A stretch of DNA of 64,000 nt. Source: an uncultured Eubacteriales bacterium (lineage in GTDB: Bacteria > Bacillota > Clostridia > Oscillospirales > Acutalibacteraceae). The position numbers were made by a program, and so were the translations under genes. Positions 25,695 through 34,324 of this stretch are shown one piece after another. The stretch is from contig CAQKRU010000003.1 of the NCBI GenBank assembly GCA_948823415.1, positions 7,798-71,797 of the forward strand, written 5' to 3'. Every line of letters begins with the position of its first letter. The first letter of the stretch is position 1. Under the pieces are notes generated by a model. The model was not told where the DNA came from and searched no databases. It was given only the letters and a program-made list of their open reading frames with translations.

Positions 25695-28685
25695 TTAGTC
25701 GTCGATAACGTCTACGTTTACCTCATTATTATCGTCGTCGTCATTGTCGGTATTGGTTTCATTCAGACTTTTCTTTAGCCTCCTAGTAGGATTAACTTTT
25801 TTTGCTCTTTTCTTTATTGTTTTCGTTGTTTTCGTAGGACGGTTAACAAGCCGTTTTTTCTTACTTGTCGTTTTTTTCGGTTTGCTCTCTTCTTCATTAT
25901 TGGCATTGTTATTCTGATCTACATCGTCATCGTCGTTACCATTTATAACGTCGCTTTTTATCTCTTGAGTATCTTTACTATCGTCAATATCATCTTTTTC
26001 GTCATTGTTATTCAAGTCATCACTTTTACTTTCACTGCTTGCAACTTCTTTGTTACTCTTGTTGTCGTTATCTTTAGTATCAATTGAATGGAGTTTTCCC
26101 TTATAAATATATGACACGCCAGTATTTTCATCTATAATTAATTCGTCTGCATTAAGCTCCACTTTATTGAGATCACTCATATAATACCGCCATTCATCTC
26201 TTAGATCCTTAAAAGCAAAATGTCCAATCGTAGCCTTTTTACAAATTAGAGGTGCATTAAATTTTTCAAGGTTTTTGGTCAACGCAAACGCTTGTTCACC
26301 CACATAAAATGTTTCACAATTTTCCGGGCAAGTAACACTTTTCATATTAGAACACTCAAAAAATGCTTCTTTTTCCAAAATTAATTCATCTACGTTTTCT
26401 GGAAACTCTAACGATCCTAAATTTATGCAACTAGCAAAAGCACCTTCTCCGATATTTATTTTATTATACTTGCTTTTCGTATTAAAAATTATATCCTCAA
26501 GTGTATTCATATATCTAAAAGTGTTAGACTCTATAGTTATATTCTCTTGCCCACCCTCAAAAATTATTTTCTTAAGTTTTCTCATATGTCGAGCGTAATT
26601 ATCCCGATTACCGTAGAAGTCTTCAGGTAACGAACATATAGTAATATTTTTTGCATCTTCTGCTATTGTTACTTTTTCTAAATCCTTATTAAAACCAAAT
26701 CGATTTGCTAGACAAATTTTCTCAACTGAAAACTTGTTTCCGTTTTCATCAAATACTTCTCCATGTATCGTGATATCTTTTACATTTCTTTTATACAAAA
26801 ATGGATAAAAAACACCATTATCATCAGAATAATATGCGTTTTCATCATTATCAAATAGAATACTTTGGGGTAAATTCGCATACTTTTTCTTATGCCGAAT
26901 ATCATCAGTGGCTTTTCTTATTAAAAAGGTGTTTAGTTTGCTTTTTGATTTAGGTTGTAATTTATCCCAATCTCTATTATTGTGTTTTAGATCACTTACA
27001 AGTTCAAAGCACTTGTCAATACCAAAATATGTCTTGCCTTTAAAATCTTCTACTATGTTCTCGTTGATAAGTATAAACTTTAATGCTTGTTCAAGTTCAA
27101 ACCTTTTGTTACATCCAGAATTGTAGACATTGTTTCGTTGGTAAATTTTTGAAAATGTAAAAAATTCAGATTTAGGCATAGGCTCGCCATCATATTTAAA
27201 TAATAAACCATTGTCACTAATAGCAATATCAATCTTATTTGGGTCCATATTATCATATTTTTCATACTCTTTTAAAAATTTGTCTACTTTATCTTTTTCC
27301 GCCTTAGGAAGGTTTTCCAAAGCATCTTGGTTTTCCTCAAGCGTATCATTAATTTCTTCAAGAAGTTTTGCGGAAAGTTGTTCCATTGGGTTTTCGTTCA
27401 AAACTAGACACTTTAGAGCTTTGCTTAAATACCTAGCGTTTTTAGGAAAATAGCCAAGGCCACTTTCTTGGAATTTATTCACAAATGCAAAAAAATTAGA
27501 TTCAGTCATAGGTTCATAATTCTTATCATGATTCTTACTATATTCATATACTGTCTCATTGTCGTCAATCTTAATACGAATCCATACCGGATCTATATTG
27601 TTCAAGTCTATTCTGTCATTTTTTTCTCCATCATCATAATTATCGTTATTATTACTGTTGGCTGTTTCCATAGCTTTTTTCGTAGCCATTGAGGTTTGAT
27701 TTTCATCGCTACTGCTATTGTCGCTGCCTGCTGTGTTTTTGTCGTCGGTAACGCTGACGGTTGTCTCATTATTATCGTTGTCATCATCGTCGACATTGGT
27801 TTCATTTAGATGTTCCTCTGTCTCAGTAGAAGTAGAATTAACCTTTTTTGCTTTATTACGACGTTTAAAACGCCTTTTTTTCTTACGTGTCGTTTTTTCC
27901 GTTGTCGGTTTGCTATCTTCTTCATTATTACCATCACTATTCTGGTTTATATTGTCCTCATCTATGTTATTATTTTCTGCTCCATCATCATAATCATTGT
28001 CATTACTATTCGTAGCCATTGAGATTTGATTTTCATCGCCACTGCTATTATCTGTGCTTGATGTGTTTTTGTCGTCGGTAACGCTGATGGTTGTCTCATT
28101 ATTATCGTTGTCATCATCGTCGATATTGGTTTCATTTAGATTTTCCTCTGCCTCAGTAGAAGTAGAATTAACCTTTTTTGCTTTATTACGACGTTTAAAA
28201 CGCCTTTTTTTCTTACTTGTCGTTTTTTTCGTTGTCGGTTTGCTCTCTTCTTCATTATTAGCATCGTTATCGTCATTTTCTGATGATGACCCTTTGCCTG
28301 TTTGTGATGTACCGGGTTTTCCGCCCGTTCCTTTCCTACCATTTCTAGCTGCAAAGGATTCTAGGCCCATTCCAGCAAACATGGAAAAAGCCATAATTCC
28401 AAGACCGAGCAGTGGTTTAATTGCAATTCCCCGGCCACCGCTGACATTTGCCAAATCTTCGTCAGATAATTCTTTTAGCATTTCTTTCTCATACTCGAGC
28501 AGCTCTTGTGCCGAAAAGTCCACATTAAACTTCTTCATAAGCGGCATTATTTCTTCGCAAATTAACTGTCTTAAATCTTCCTCATTTGCGATTTCCTTCG
28601 CCTTATCTTCGATTCTTTCTTTCGATTTAGGATCCGAAAGTATTTGCCGATAAAATTCCTCGATTTCTTTTTTTCTATCTTCCAT
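25695..28685 (-). CDS. 996-aa protein: Nif11-like double-glycine leader, TM segment, tandem acidic/basic repeats and a BspA-type leucine-rich-repeat region
   Basis: AGGAGGAGG RBS. Residues 1-84 end ...ELSDEDLANVSGG. LRR-like units occur in residues about 640-860, for example NITIESNTFRYMNTLEDIIF and INIGEGAFASCINLGSLEFPENV. Confidence 0.85.
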   Translation of the reverse strand: MEDRKKEIEEFYRQILSDPKSKERIEDKAKEIANEEDLRQLICEEIMPLMKKFNVDFSAQELLEYEKEMLKELSDEDLANVSGGRGIAIKPLLGLGIMAFSMFAGMGLESFAARNGRKGTGGKPGTSQTGKGSSSENDDNDANNEEESKPTTKKTTSKKKRRFKRRNKAKKVNSTSTEAEENLNETNIDDDDNDNNETTISVTDDKNTSSTDNSSGDENQISMATNSNDNDYDDGAENNNIDEDNINQNSDGNNEEDSKPTTEKTTRKKKRRFKRRNKAKKVNSTSTETEEHLNETNVDDDDNDNNETTVSVTDDKNTAGSDNSSSDENQTSMATKKAMETANSNNNDNYDDGEKNDRIDLNNIDPVWIRIKIDDNETVYEYSKNHDKNYEPMTESNFFAFVNKFQESGLGYFPKNARYLSKALKCLVLNENPMEQLSAKLLEEINDTLEENQDALENLPKAEKDKVDKFLKEYEKYDNMDPNKIDIAISDNGLLFKYDGEPMPKSEFFTFSKIYQRNNVYNSGCNKRFELEQALKFILINENIVEDFKGKTYFGIDKCFELVSDLKHNNRDWDKLQPKSKSKLNTFLIRKATDDIRHKKKYANLPQSILFDNDENAYYSDDNGVFYPFLYKRNVKDITIHGEVFDENGNKFSVEKICLANRFGFNKDLEKVTIAEDAKNITICSLPEDFYGNRDNYARHMRKLKKIIFEGGQENITIESNTFRYMNTLEDIIFNTKSKYNKINIGEGAFASCINLGSLEFPENVDELILEKEAFFECSNMKSVTCPENCETFYVGEQAFALTKNLEKFNAPLICKKATIGHFAFKDLRDEWRYYMSDLNKVELNADELIIDENTGVSYIYKGKLHSIDTKDNDNKSNKEVASSESKSDDLNNNDEKDDIDDSKDTQEIKSDVINGNDDDDVDQNNNANNEEESKPKKTTSKKKRLVNRPTKTTKTIKKRAKKVNPTRRLKKSLNETNTDNDDDDNNEVNVDVIDD
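27681..28265. repeat. Two about 255-bp near-identical coding repeats (period about 330 bp) inside the 996-aa gene; a third diverged copy lies at about 25790-25905
   Basis: 27681-27935 versus 28010-28265 align with few mismatches. They encode ...EEESKPTT.KTT.KKKRRFKRRNKAKKVNSTSTE.EE.LNETN.DDDDNDNNETT.SVTDDKNT... Confidence 0.85.
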
Positions 28686-28715
28686 AAAAATCCTCCTCCT
28701 TTTTAATTTGCATAT

Positions 28716-28744
28716 ATTATACTATAAACAAAATGAAAAGTCAA
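28716..28744 (-). promoter_or_regulatory. Promoter of the 996-aa gene (TTGACT-N17-TATAAT)
   Basis: Minus strand reads TTGACTtttcattttgtttatagTATAAT, about 30 nt upstream of the RBS. Confidence 0.6.
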
Positions 28745-29126
28745 ATATTTTTCCTAAAATATAAGAATAAGTATCTGTGTTTTTGTCTTAATTCACTAAT
28801 TTTTCGTGTTTGCTAAGATGTAGATCGTTTTCCAAATTTAATGCCCCTCCTAAAATGTTTGTACAAAATGCGCCGATTCTTGGTTGCCATGTGGCCAACT
28901 TTTCGCTCTGTAAAACTGAACAATCTGGTACTAATAAAACGTTTTATGTTCATTTTTGTGTAACGACAAAAAACAAACCAATAAAACTTGGCATCGATTT
29001 AAATTCGGTACCAGGAGGTGTGGTTCTGCTCCATTAGGATATGAAGTTTTATAATTAAGGTAACTATTATAGGCAATTCACAGGTTTAGCTGAGTAACAA
29101 AATTTTAGCAAGATTATGGGAAAGAA

Positions 29127-29155
29127 TTGATTTTTAAATAGCTTTGTGCTATAAT
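29127..29155 (+). promoter_or_regulatory. Promoter (TTGATT-N17-TATAAT) upstream of the family C gene pair
   Basis: Direct reading. About 150-nt leader to the ATG at 29312. Confidence 0.55.
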
Positions 29156-29311
29156 TCACCCAAATATTAGGGGGAGTTGATTGAGAAAAAGAAAAACAGA
29201 AATTTAAATGAGGGAGTGTCTGAAAAAGCTAATTAAAATACGGAAAAACAAATTAATTTAGGTTTAAGCAATGGATTATTCAAAATTTGTATCAAAAAAG
29301 GAGAAATAAAA

Positions 29312-29983
29312 ATGAAAAATATCTTAAAAATCAAGAAACTTTCTTCAGCATTGTTAGTTGGAACTATTGTGATAGGAAGCAGCTCTATGACTGTAAAGGC
29401 TGCGTATAAAGGAAGCCCTAGTATGACAATCTATAATTTAGCCTCTGGAGCAAACCCTGAAGGCCATAATTACAAAGATATTCCTATTTTAGAGTTTAGT
29501 GAGGAAACCGGGGAAAGTAGAATAACAATTGAGAGCTATGAAAATTCTGATGATAGCGTTGAACGTTTTGCCGAAGGAAACGGGGAATGGTTTATTTTTA
29601 ATGGGAAAAAGATACCGAAATCCACTCGTATTGGGGATGTACACCCAAATGGAAGTAATATGCTTATTGTTGTTAACGGAAACCCCGATAAGCCTGCTGA
29701 TGAAGTTTGGGAAGAGACCGAGTACGACAGAGGTCAAATACTAGTAAATAAAAAACGTGTTGATCTTGACAGTAAAGAGGAAGAAAAACTGGGAGAGGAT
29801 AACGTATATCGGAAGGAACCAATATATGAATATCCTTATCTAAAAACAGGTAAACATCAAGTTAGGTTTATTAATGGCCAGAGAGTGGACGAAGACAAAA
29901 ATTTTGGAGATTATGAAAACGTAAATGGAGATAATAGCGTTATTGTTTATACTAGTAATGATCCAAACGCTCTTCCACAATAA
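29312..29983 (+). CDS. Exported protein, family C member 1 (unknown)
   Basis: AAGGAGAaataaaaATG. Signal peptide MKNILKIKKLSSALLVGTIVIGSSSMTVKA. Confidence 0.7.
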   Translation: MKNILKIKKLSSALLVGTIVIGSSSMTVKAAYKGSPSMTIYNLASGANPEGHNYKDIPILEFSEETGESRITIESYENSDDSVERFAEGNGEWFIFNGKKIPKSTRIGDVHPNGSNMLIVVNGNPDKPADEVWEETEYDRGQILVNKKRVDLDSKEEEKLGEDNVYRKEPIYEYPYLKTGKHQVRFINGQRVDEDKNFGDYENVNGDNSVIVYTSNDPNALPQ

Positions 29984-30079
29984 AAAATTTAAAAAAGTAT
30001 TTATGGTTAATACCCCATTTGCAAAGCGTTTTGCTTAGCAGAACGGGAGCCGACATCAATTTATAAAGGAGAAATAAAA

Positions 30080-30781
30080 ATGAAAAATATGTTAGGAATA
30101 AAGAAGATTTCATCGATACTGTTAGTTGGAACTATGGCGGTAGGAAGCAGTGCTATGGGTGCAAAAGCTTCAAACAATAATTATTGGCGTTCTAAAAATA
30201 ATTACATGTTTTATGACCCTAATGACCCAAATGAGCCCTTTCAAGTCCATGGCTTTGGCAGAATTGATAAGAATGAACTTATAAAAAACTCAGTACTTCA
30301 GGGGGAAGAAGAGGAGCTGAAATATTATCAAAACGGAAAAGAGATAAGCCCATATACTTATACTGAGAAAGTAACAGGATCTGACGATATGCTTATTGTT
30401 ACCAATGACACAGACAGACCTAAAGATAAAGTTTATGAGGAAACAAAAAAAGCAATAACGGAAAGAAAAGAAGTAGATCTTACTGTACTTAATAAAGATA
30501 CGAAAGAGACAAAAAGCTACACTCTAGATGTTTCGCCATACGAAAGTATGGATGATGTCTCGGACAGTTTTTTAACCGACAAATATGGTAAAAAATATCC
30601 ATCGTATTACTTTTCTTATAACGGTTTATATACTGATACAGGTCTTAAAGCAAGCGATGTGGATACTAATAAATATGGGAATATAAATATAGGCATAGGC
30701 TCTCATGATTCTGAGGAAGAGGAAGATAATTCCAATATTGTTGATTATTATTGTAACTGTTTAACACAGAAGAAGGGGTAA
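30080..30781 (+). CDS. Exported protein, family C member 2 (paralog), C-terminus ...DYYCNCLTQKKG*
   Basis: Same RBS string. Signal peptide MKNMLGIKKISSILLVGTMAVGSSAMGAKA. Shares the motif MLIV.N...D.P.D.V.EET. Confidence 0.7.
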   Translation: MKNMLGIKKISSILLVGTMAVGSSAMGAKASNNNYWRSKNNYMFYDPNDPNEPFQVHGFGRIDKNELIKNSVLQGEEEELKYYQNGKEISPYTYTEKVTGSDDMLIVTNDTDRPKDKVYEETKKAITERKEVDLTVLNKDTKETKSYTLDVSPYESMDDVSDSFLTDKYGKKYPSYYFSYNGLYTDTGLKASDVDTNKYGNINIGIGSHDSEEEEDNSNIVDYYCNCLTQKKG

Positions 30782-30805
30782 GGGTTTACATCAGGAAATA
30801 TTAAA

Positions 30806-30838
30806 GGCGGTAGCATAAAAACTACCGCCCTTTTTATT
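30806..30838. terminator. Rho-independent terminator between convergent genes
   Basis: Stem GGCGGTAG/CTACCGCC with an 8-nt loop and a T-tract. Confidence 0.7.
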
Positions 30839-30913
30839 ATCGTAATAATTTTTAAAAATACTAACAATTACATCCAAAAGTATTGGTACGAAGTATAACT
30901 ACCAGCTTCAGAT

Positions 30914-31390
30914 CTATTTTTCTGGGAATTCAACTTCTATGTTGTTAAGATTATTTTCTTTATCGCAGTCATCATCATAATACTTTTCCATAGCTCGTGC
31001 TTGCGAACGTTTAATTTCGGATTCAAGTTCTTTGATTAATTTATTAGAGTCACTGAGAACTTTTGTTCTTATTAGATCTTTTTCATTTTCGGAGGCGGAG
31101 TTCCACCTGTTACCGGATGCAAATTTTTCGCTTAAAAATTCAGCATTTAATTTTATACAGGACTCCTTGTAAGTAGGATCGAGTTTTTCAAATTTTTCAT
31201 TTTGCTTTTGATTTAAAGGTGACAAATACAAATTTTTTGCAATAGATCTTATTTTATCTGGATCTTCTGGCAAACTAGCACTTACGGTATGGCCGATTAA
31301 TGGACACAAAAATGAAAGAACACACCCAAACAAGATGGCCTTAACCGAAATTTTCTTTTTCACATTTAAACTTGACATACTTTTTTTCAT
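30914..31390 (-). CDS. Exported helical protein, family B member 1; C-terminal YYDDDCDKENNLNNIEVEFPEK*
   Basis: Signal peptide MKKSMSSLNVKKKISVKAILFGCVLSFLC. AGGAGA RBS. Confidence 0.7.
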   Translation of the reverse strand: MKKSMSSLNVKKKISVKAILFGCVLSFLCPLIGHTVSASLPEDPDKIRSIAKNLYLSPLNQKQNEKFEKLDPTYKESCIKLNAEFLSEKFASGNRWNSASENEKDLIRTKVLSDSNKLIKELESEIKRSQARAMEKYYDDDCDKENNLNNIEVEFPEK

Positions 31391-31415
31391 AACATTATCT
31401 CCTAATAGGTTTTAT

Positions 31416-32258
31416 TTAATCCAAAAATGTATCCCAATACGGGTCTTTTGCGATACCTTCACAGTCCCAATCAACATATTTAGAAGCCTGCTCATTTAAT
31501 TCATTAATATTTTCTTTAAAATATTGATTTTCTTTAGCAATTTTTAAATCATATTCATTTTGTGCTTTGGTGTTATCTTCTTCAAGCTTTTTACGCGCGT
31601 TTTCTAAGCGTTCTTCTTTTTTCTTTGGAGAAAGCTTTTTACCATTATTTATTGCTTCTACGGACTGATTATATTCCTCGTTGTTATTGTATAACCCCAA
31701 CTGTAAATCTCGGTCTAGCTGGGATTTATTTTCCAAATTCTCATAAAGCATAGCTGCATAATCTTCATCGTATGATGGGTAATCCCCGCCATGCATCCTT
31801 GTTTGCAGCCTTACTTCTTTATTGAACTCATTAACCTTATCGTTAAAGCTATTAATTTCGTCAATATACCTCTGTTTTTCTTTGAGCAAACCATTGCCAA
31901 AATTTTTGAAAACAGTTTCTGCCTCATCTCTTTTAGATGGAGGAATATAGTTTCCTAAATTCTTGTGTGTTTCATCGTATATATTATAAACATTTTGGTA
32001 ATGCTTCGAAAATGATTGTTGAACCTCATCTTTAGCGTTTGGGTAACATCCGAAGCCTGCAATATCTGGGAGGTCCTCATTGGCGATTATAGCTAATGTA
32101 GCGAAATGAAGTGAGTTATCTTTGCTATTACGATTAAAAGACGCGAAAACGCGATTATCACAACAAGTTGTAGTTGAGGCTAAGATTGAAAGCCCAAACA
32201 AAATGGCTTTAACCAAAATTTTCTTTTTTGCATTTAAACTTGGTGTACTTTTTTTCAT
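31416..32258 (-). CDS. Exported helical protein, family B member 2; C-terminal ...VDWDCEGIAKDPYWDTFLD*
   Basis: ATG at 32258 after AGGAGA. Signal peptide MKKSTPSLNAKKKILVKAILFG. Confidence 0.7.
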   Translation of the reverse strand: MKKSTPSLNAKKKILVKAILFGLSILASTTTCCDNRVFASFNRNSKDNSLHFATLAIIANEDLPDIAGFGCYPNAKDEVQQSFSKHYQNVYNIYDETHKNLGNYIPPSKRDEAETVFKNFGNGLLKEKQRYIDEINSFNDKVNEFNKEVRLQTRMHGGDYPSYDEDYAAMLYENLENKSQLDRDLQLGLYNNNEEYNQSVEAINNGKKLSPKKKEERLENARKKLEEDNTKAQNEYDLKIAKENQYFKENINELNEQASKYVDWDCEGIAKDPYWDTFLD

Positions 32259-32328
32259 AAAATTATCTCCTAACAAAATTTAAAAATTTCAACTCACTAA
32301 AAAATAATAATTATATTAACCGGTAGGT

Positions 32329-32868
32329 CTATTTCTTTACTGGATATTCAACCTGTACACGGTTCAAATTGAGTTCTTTATCGCAATCGTCATCACGATA
32401 TTCTTTATGATTCCTAGCTCTCTCTTGTAATTTTTTAAGTTCATCGTTGTATTTTTGCTGTGCAGCCTTCCAATCAGAATTTACACTGTGCCCATATTTT
32501 TTAAAGTAGTCTAACTTCCAATCAGAATTTGCACTGCGCCCATATTCTTTAGGGGAGGCTAAATATTGATACTCCATATTCAATATCTCAAAATGTTTTT
32601 TTGCACATTCAATCTTTGCGGATATCTCGTCATTTTTGTAGTCAGGATCCAAAGTCTCAAAGAATTCATGCTGCGCTGAGTTTTTAGAATATTCATATTC
32701 TGCAAATCCCTTCATTTGCTCGTCGTCTTTTGGAAACGGTGCATCATACATTGCCGGGCTGGCGACGTTATTAAACATTAACGCAGGGCACAAAATTGCA
32801 CACCCAAACAAAATGGCCTTAGCCAAAATTTTCTTTTTTGCATTTAAACTTGACGTACTTTTTTTCAT
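32329..32868 (-). CDS. Exported helical protein, family B member 3; C-terminal YRDDDCDKELNLNRVQVEYPVKK*
   Basis: ATG at 32868. The 5' region is nearly identical to member 2. Confidence 0.7.
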   Translation of the reverse strand: MKKSTSSLNAKKKILAKAILFGCAILCPALMFNNVASPAMYDAPFPKDDEQMKGFAEYEYSKNSAQHEFFETLDPDYKNDEISAKIECAKKHFEILNMEYQYLASPKEYGRSANSDWKLDYFKKYGHSVNSDWKAAQQKYNDELKKLQERARNHKEYRDDDCDKELNLNRVQVEYPVKK

Positions 32869-32966
32869 AAAATTATCTCCTAACAAAATTTAAAAATTTC
32901 AACTCACTAAAAAATAATAATTATATCAAACGGCAGGTTGATTTTTAACAATACTGTTATCACTAC

Positions 32967-33689
32967 TTACGAGTAGTCAAAGTCTATGAGCCCAAAATTG
33001 AGTTCCCGATCACAGTCATCATAATAGTAAGTTCTATCACTATCAACTTCAGAGTTATTGCTATTGGTTACTGGATATTCAACATTTAGGCTCCTCTGAG
33101 CAGGTTTATCGCAGTCATCACATTTAATACCATTGAACTCAGTAAATAAACCTTCTCCTGGCTTGTAACGAAGAATGGAAATTTCAGGATACTTGTTTAT
33201 AATATTATCTTTATCGTAGTCAACATTATTATGAATAATCACAGTGTTAGTTCCAGGAGGAAAGTCCACGTCAGAATTAACCCTTGTAATTTTAATAGAA
33301 TAACCATCACCAGATGTATAAGACAAACCTACCTGTTCTGGGACAACCACAACTCCATTATCATTTTCCTTAATTGCTTTGAGGGAAACCGGGTTATTCA
33401 AGGTATCGGCATCAAACTGTTCGTTTGAGTTAACAGTATTAACAGGTTCAAACTCCGCGGTATTAATCACTATTTTTTGGTAATTAGACACAGGATCAAC
33501 AGGTTCAGCGGAGGTGTCGCTATAAACAGGCGAATTAAAAAGAAAAGTATATCCGCACTCAAAATCTCCGTTTTCCAAGCGTTCTACTTCACCTAAACAA
33601 GCATAGCTTGGAAGAGCTAATGCAGATGAAAGGCTACATATAGCCAGTGCCGTGGTCGACAAATTGCGCAAAAAGTTTTTCTTTTTCAA
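32967..33689 (-). CDS. Exported protein, family D member 1, with two copies of the DDCD motif at its C-terminus
   Basis: TTG start after AAGGAGAG. Signal peptide MKKKNFLRNLSTTALAICSLSSALALPSYA. C-terminus ...CDDCDKPAQRSLNVEYPV...YYYDDCDRELNFGLIDFDYS*. Confidence 0.65.
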   Translation of the reverse strand: MKKKNFLRNLSTTALAICSLSSALALPSYACLGEVERLENGDFECGYTFLFNSPVYSDTSAEPVDPVSNYQKIVINTAEFEPVNTVNSNEQFDADTLNNPVSLKAIKENDNGVVVVPEQVGLSYTSGDGYSIKITRVNSDVDFPPGTNTVIIHNNVDYDKDNIINKYPEISILRYKPGEGLFTEFNGIKCDDCDKPAQRSLNVEYPVTNSNNSEVDSDRTYYYDDCDRELNFGLIDFDYS

Positions 33690-33853
33690 AAAAATCTCTC
33701 CTTAAAAATGATATTAAAGAAATTGTAGTACAAACTGTAGAAAAAAGCAAGAATTTTTTATGGATTTTACAGAGTCTAAACTTATTGGTGAAAAAAAGCC
33801 CCGATGAAAACTTTCTCATCGGAGCTTAACCGTTGTTAACTTAATACAATATT

Positions 33854-34324
33854 TTAAGCGTTATTATTGTTGTAAGGTAAAAGTAAAGAAATCCCAGGAT
33901 TGTTTTCTCTAATTTTAGCCTCGTCGAATTCGGCCTCATCAGGAAAAACTAAAGTTTTAGTGTTAGGAAATTTTGCGTCAGAATTAATTTTTGTAATTTT
34001 CATTTTGTTTCCATTAATAACTTCAACATCTTCAGGAATAACTACGATTTGGTTGTTGTTTTCTGTAGATCCCGTAACGGCTATAGACGAGCCCCAGATA
34101 CTATCTGCTTCATAGGTTAGTGTGCAATGGCTATCTTTTTTAAAAACAATTTGTTTGTCCTCCCCAATAACAGGAAGGGCATTAGACGTGCTGGCGGGCT
34201 TAGTAAGCGTAAGCTTAGGGCCTTTATTTAATGACGCAGAGCTTGGAAGAGCTACCGCAGAAGAAAGGCAGCATATAGCCAGTGCCGTGGCCGACAAACT
34301 GCGCAAAAAGTTTTTGTTTTTCAA
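33854..34324 (-). CDS. Exported protein, family D member 2 (no DDCD tail)
   Basis: TTG start. Signal peptide MKNKNFLRSLSATALAICCLSSAVALPSSA. Shares VV.PE.V...KIT..NSD..FP with member 1. Confidence 0.65.
   Translation of the reverse strand: MKNKNFLRSLSATALAICCLSSAVALPSSASLNKGPKLTLTKPASTSNALPVIGEDKQIVFKKDSHCTLTYEADSIWGSSIAVTGSTENNNQIVVIPEDVEVINGNKMKITKINSDAKFPNTKTLVFPDEAEFDEAKIRENNPGISLLLPYNNNNA

Noticed and set aside
27681-28265. Regularly spaced repeats that could superficially suggest a CRISPR-like or satellite array.
   Set aside because: The repeats are about 255 bp long, lie in-frame inside a 996-aa ORF and encode protein modules. There is no short repeat/spacer architecture and no cas genes.
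28810-29037. 75-aa ORF in the gap between the giant gene and family C.
   Set aside because: It has no RBS, a non-canonical start and an odd composition. It lies in the promoter and leader region between divergent genes.
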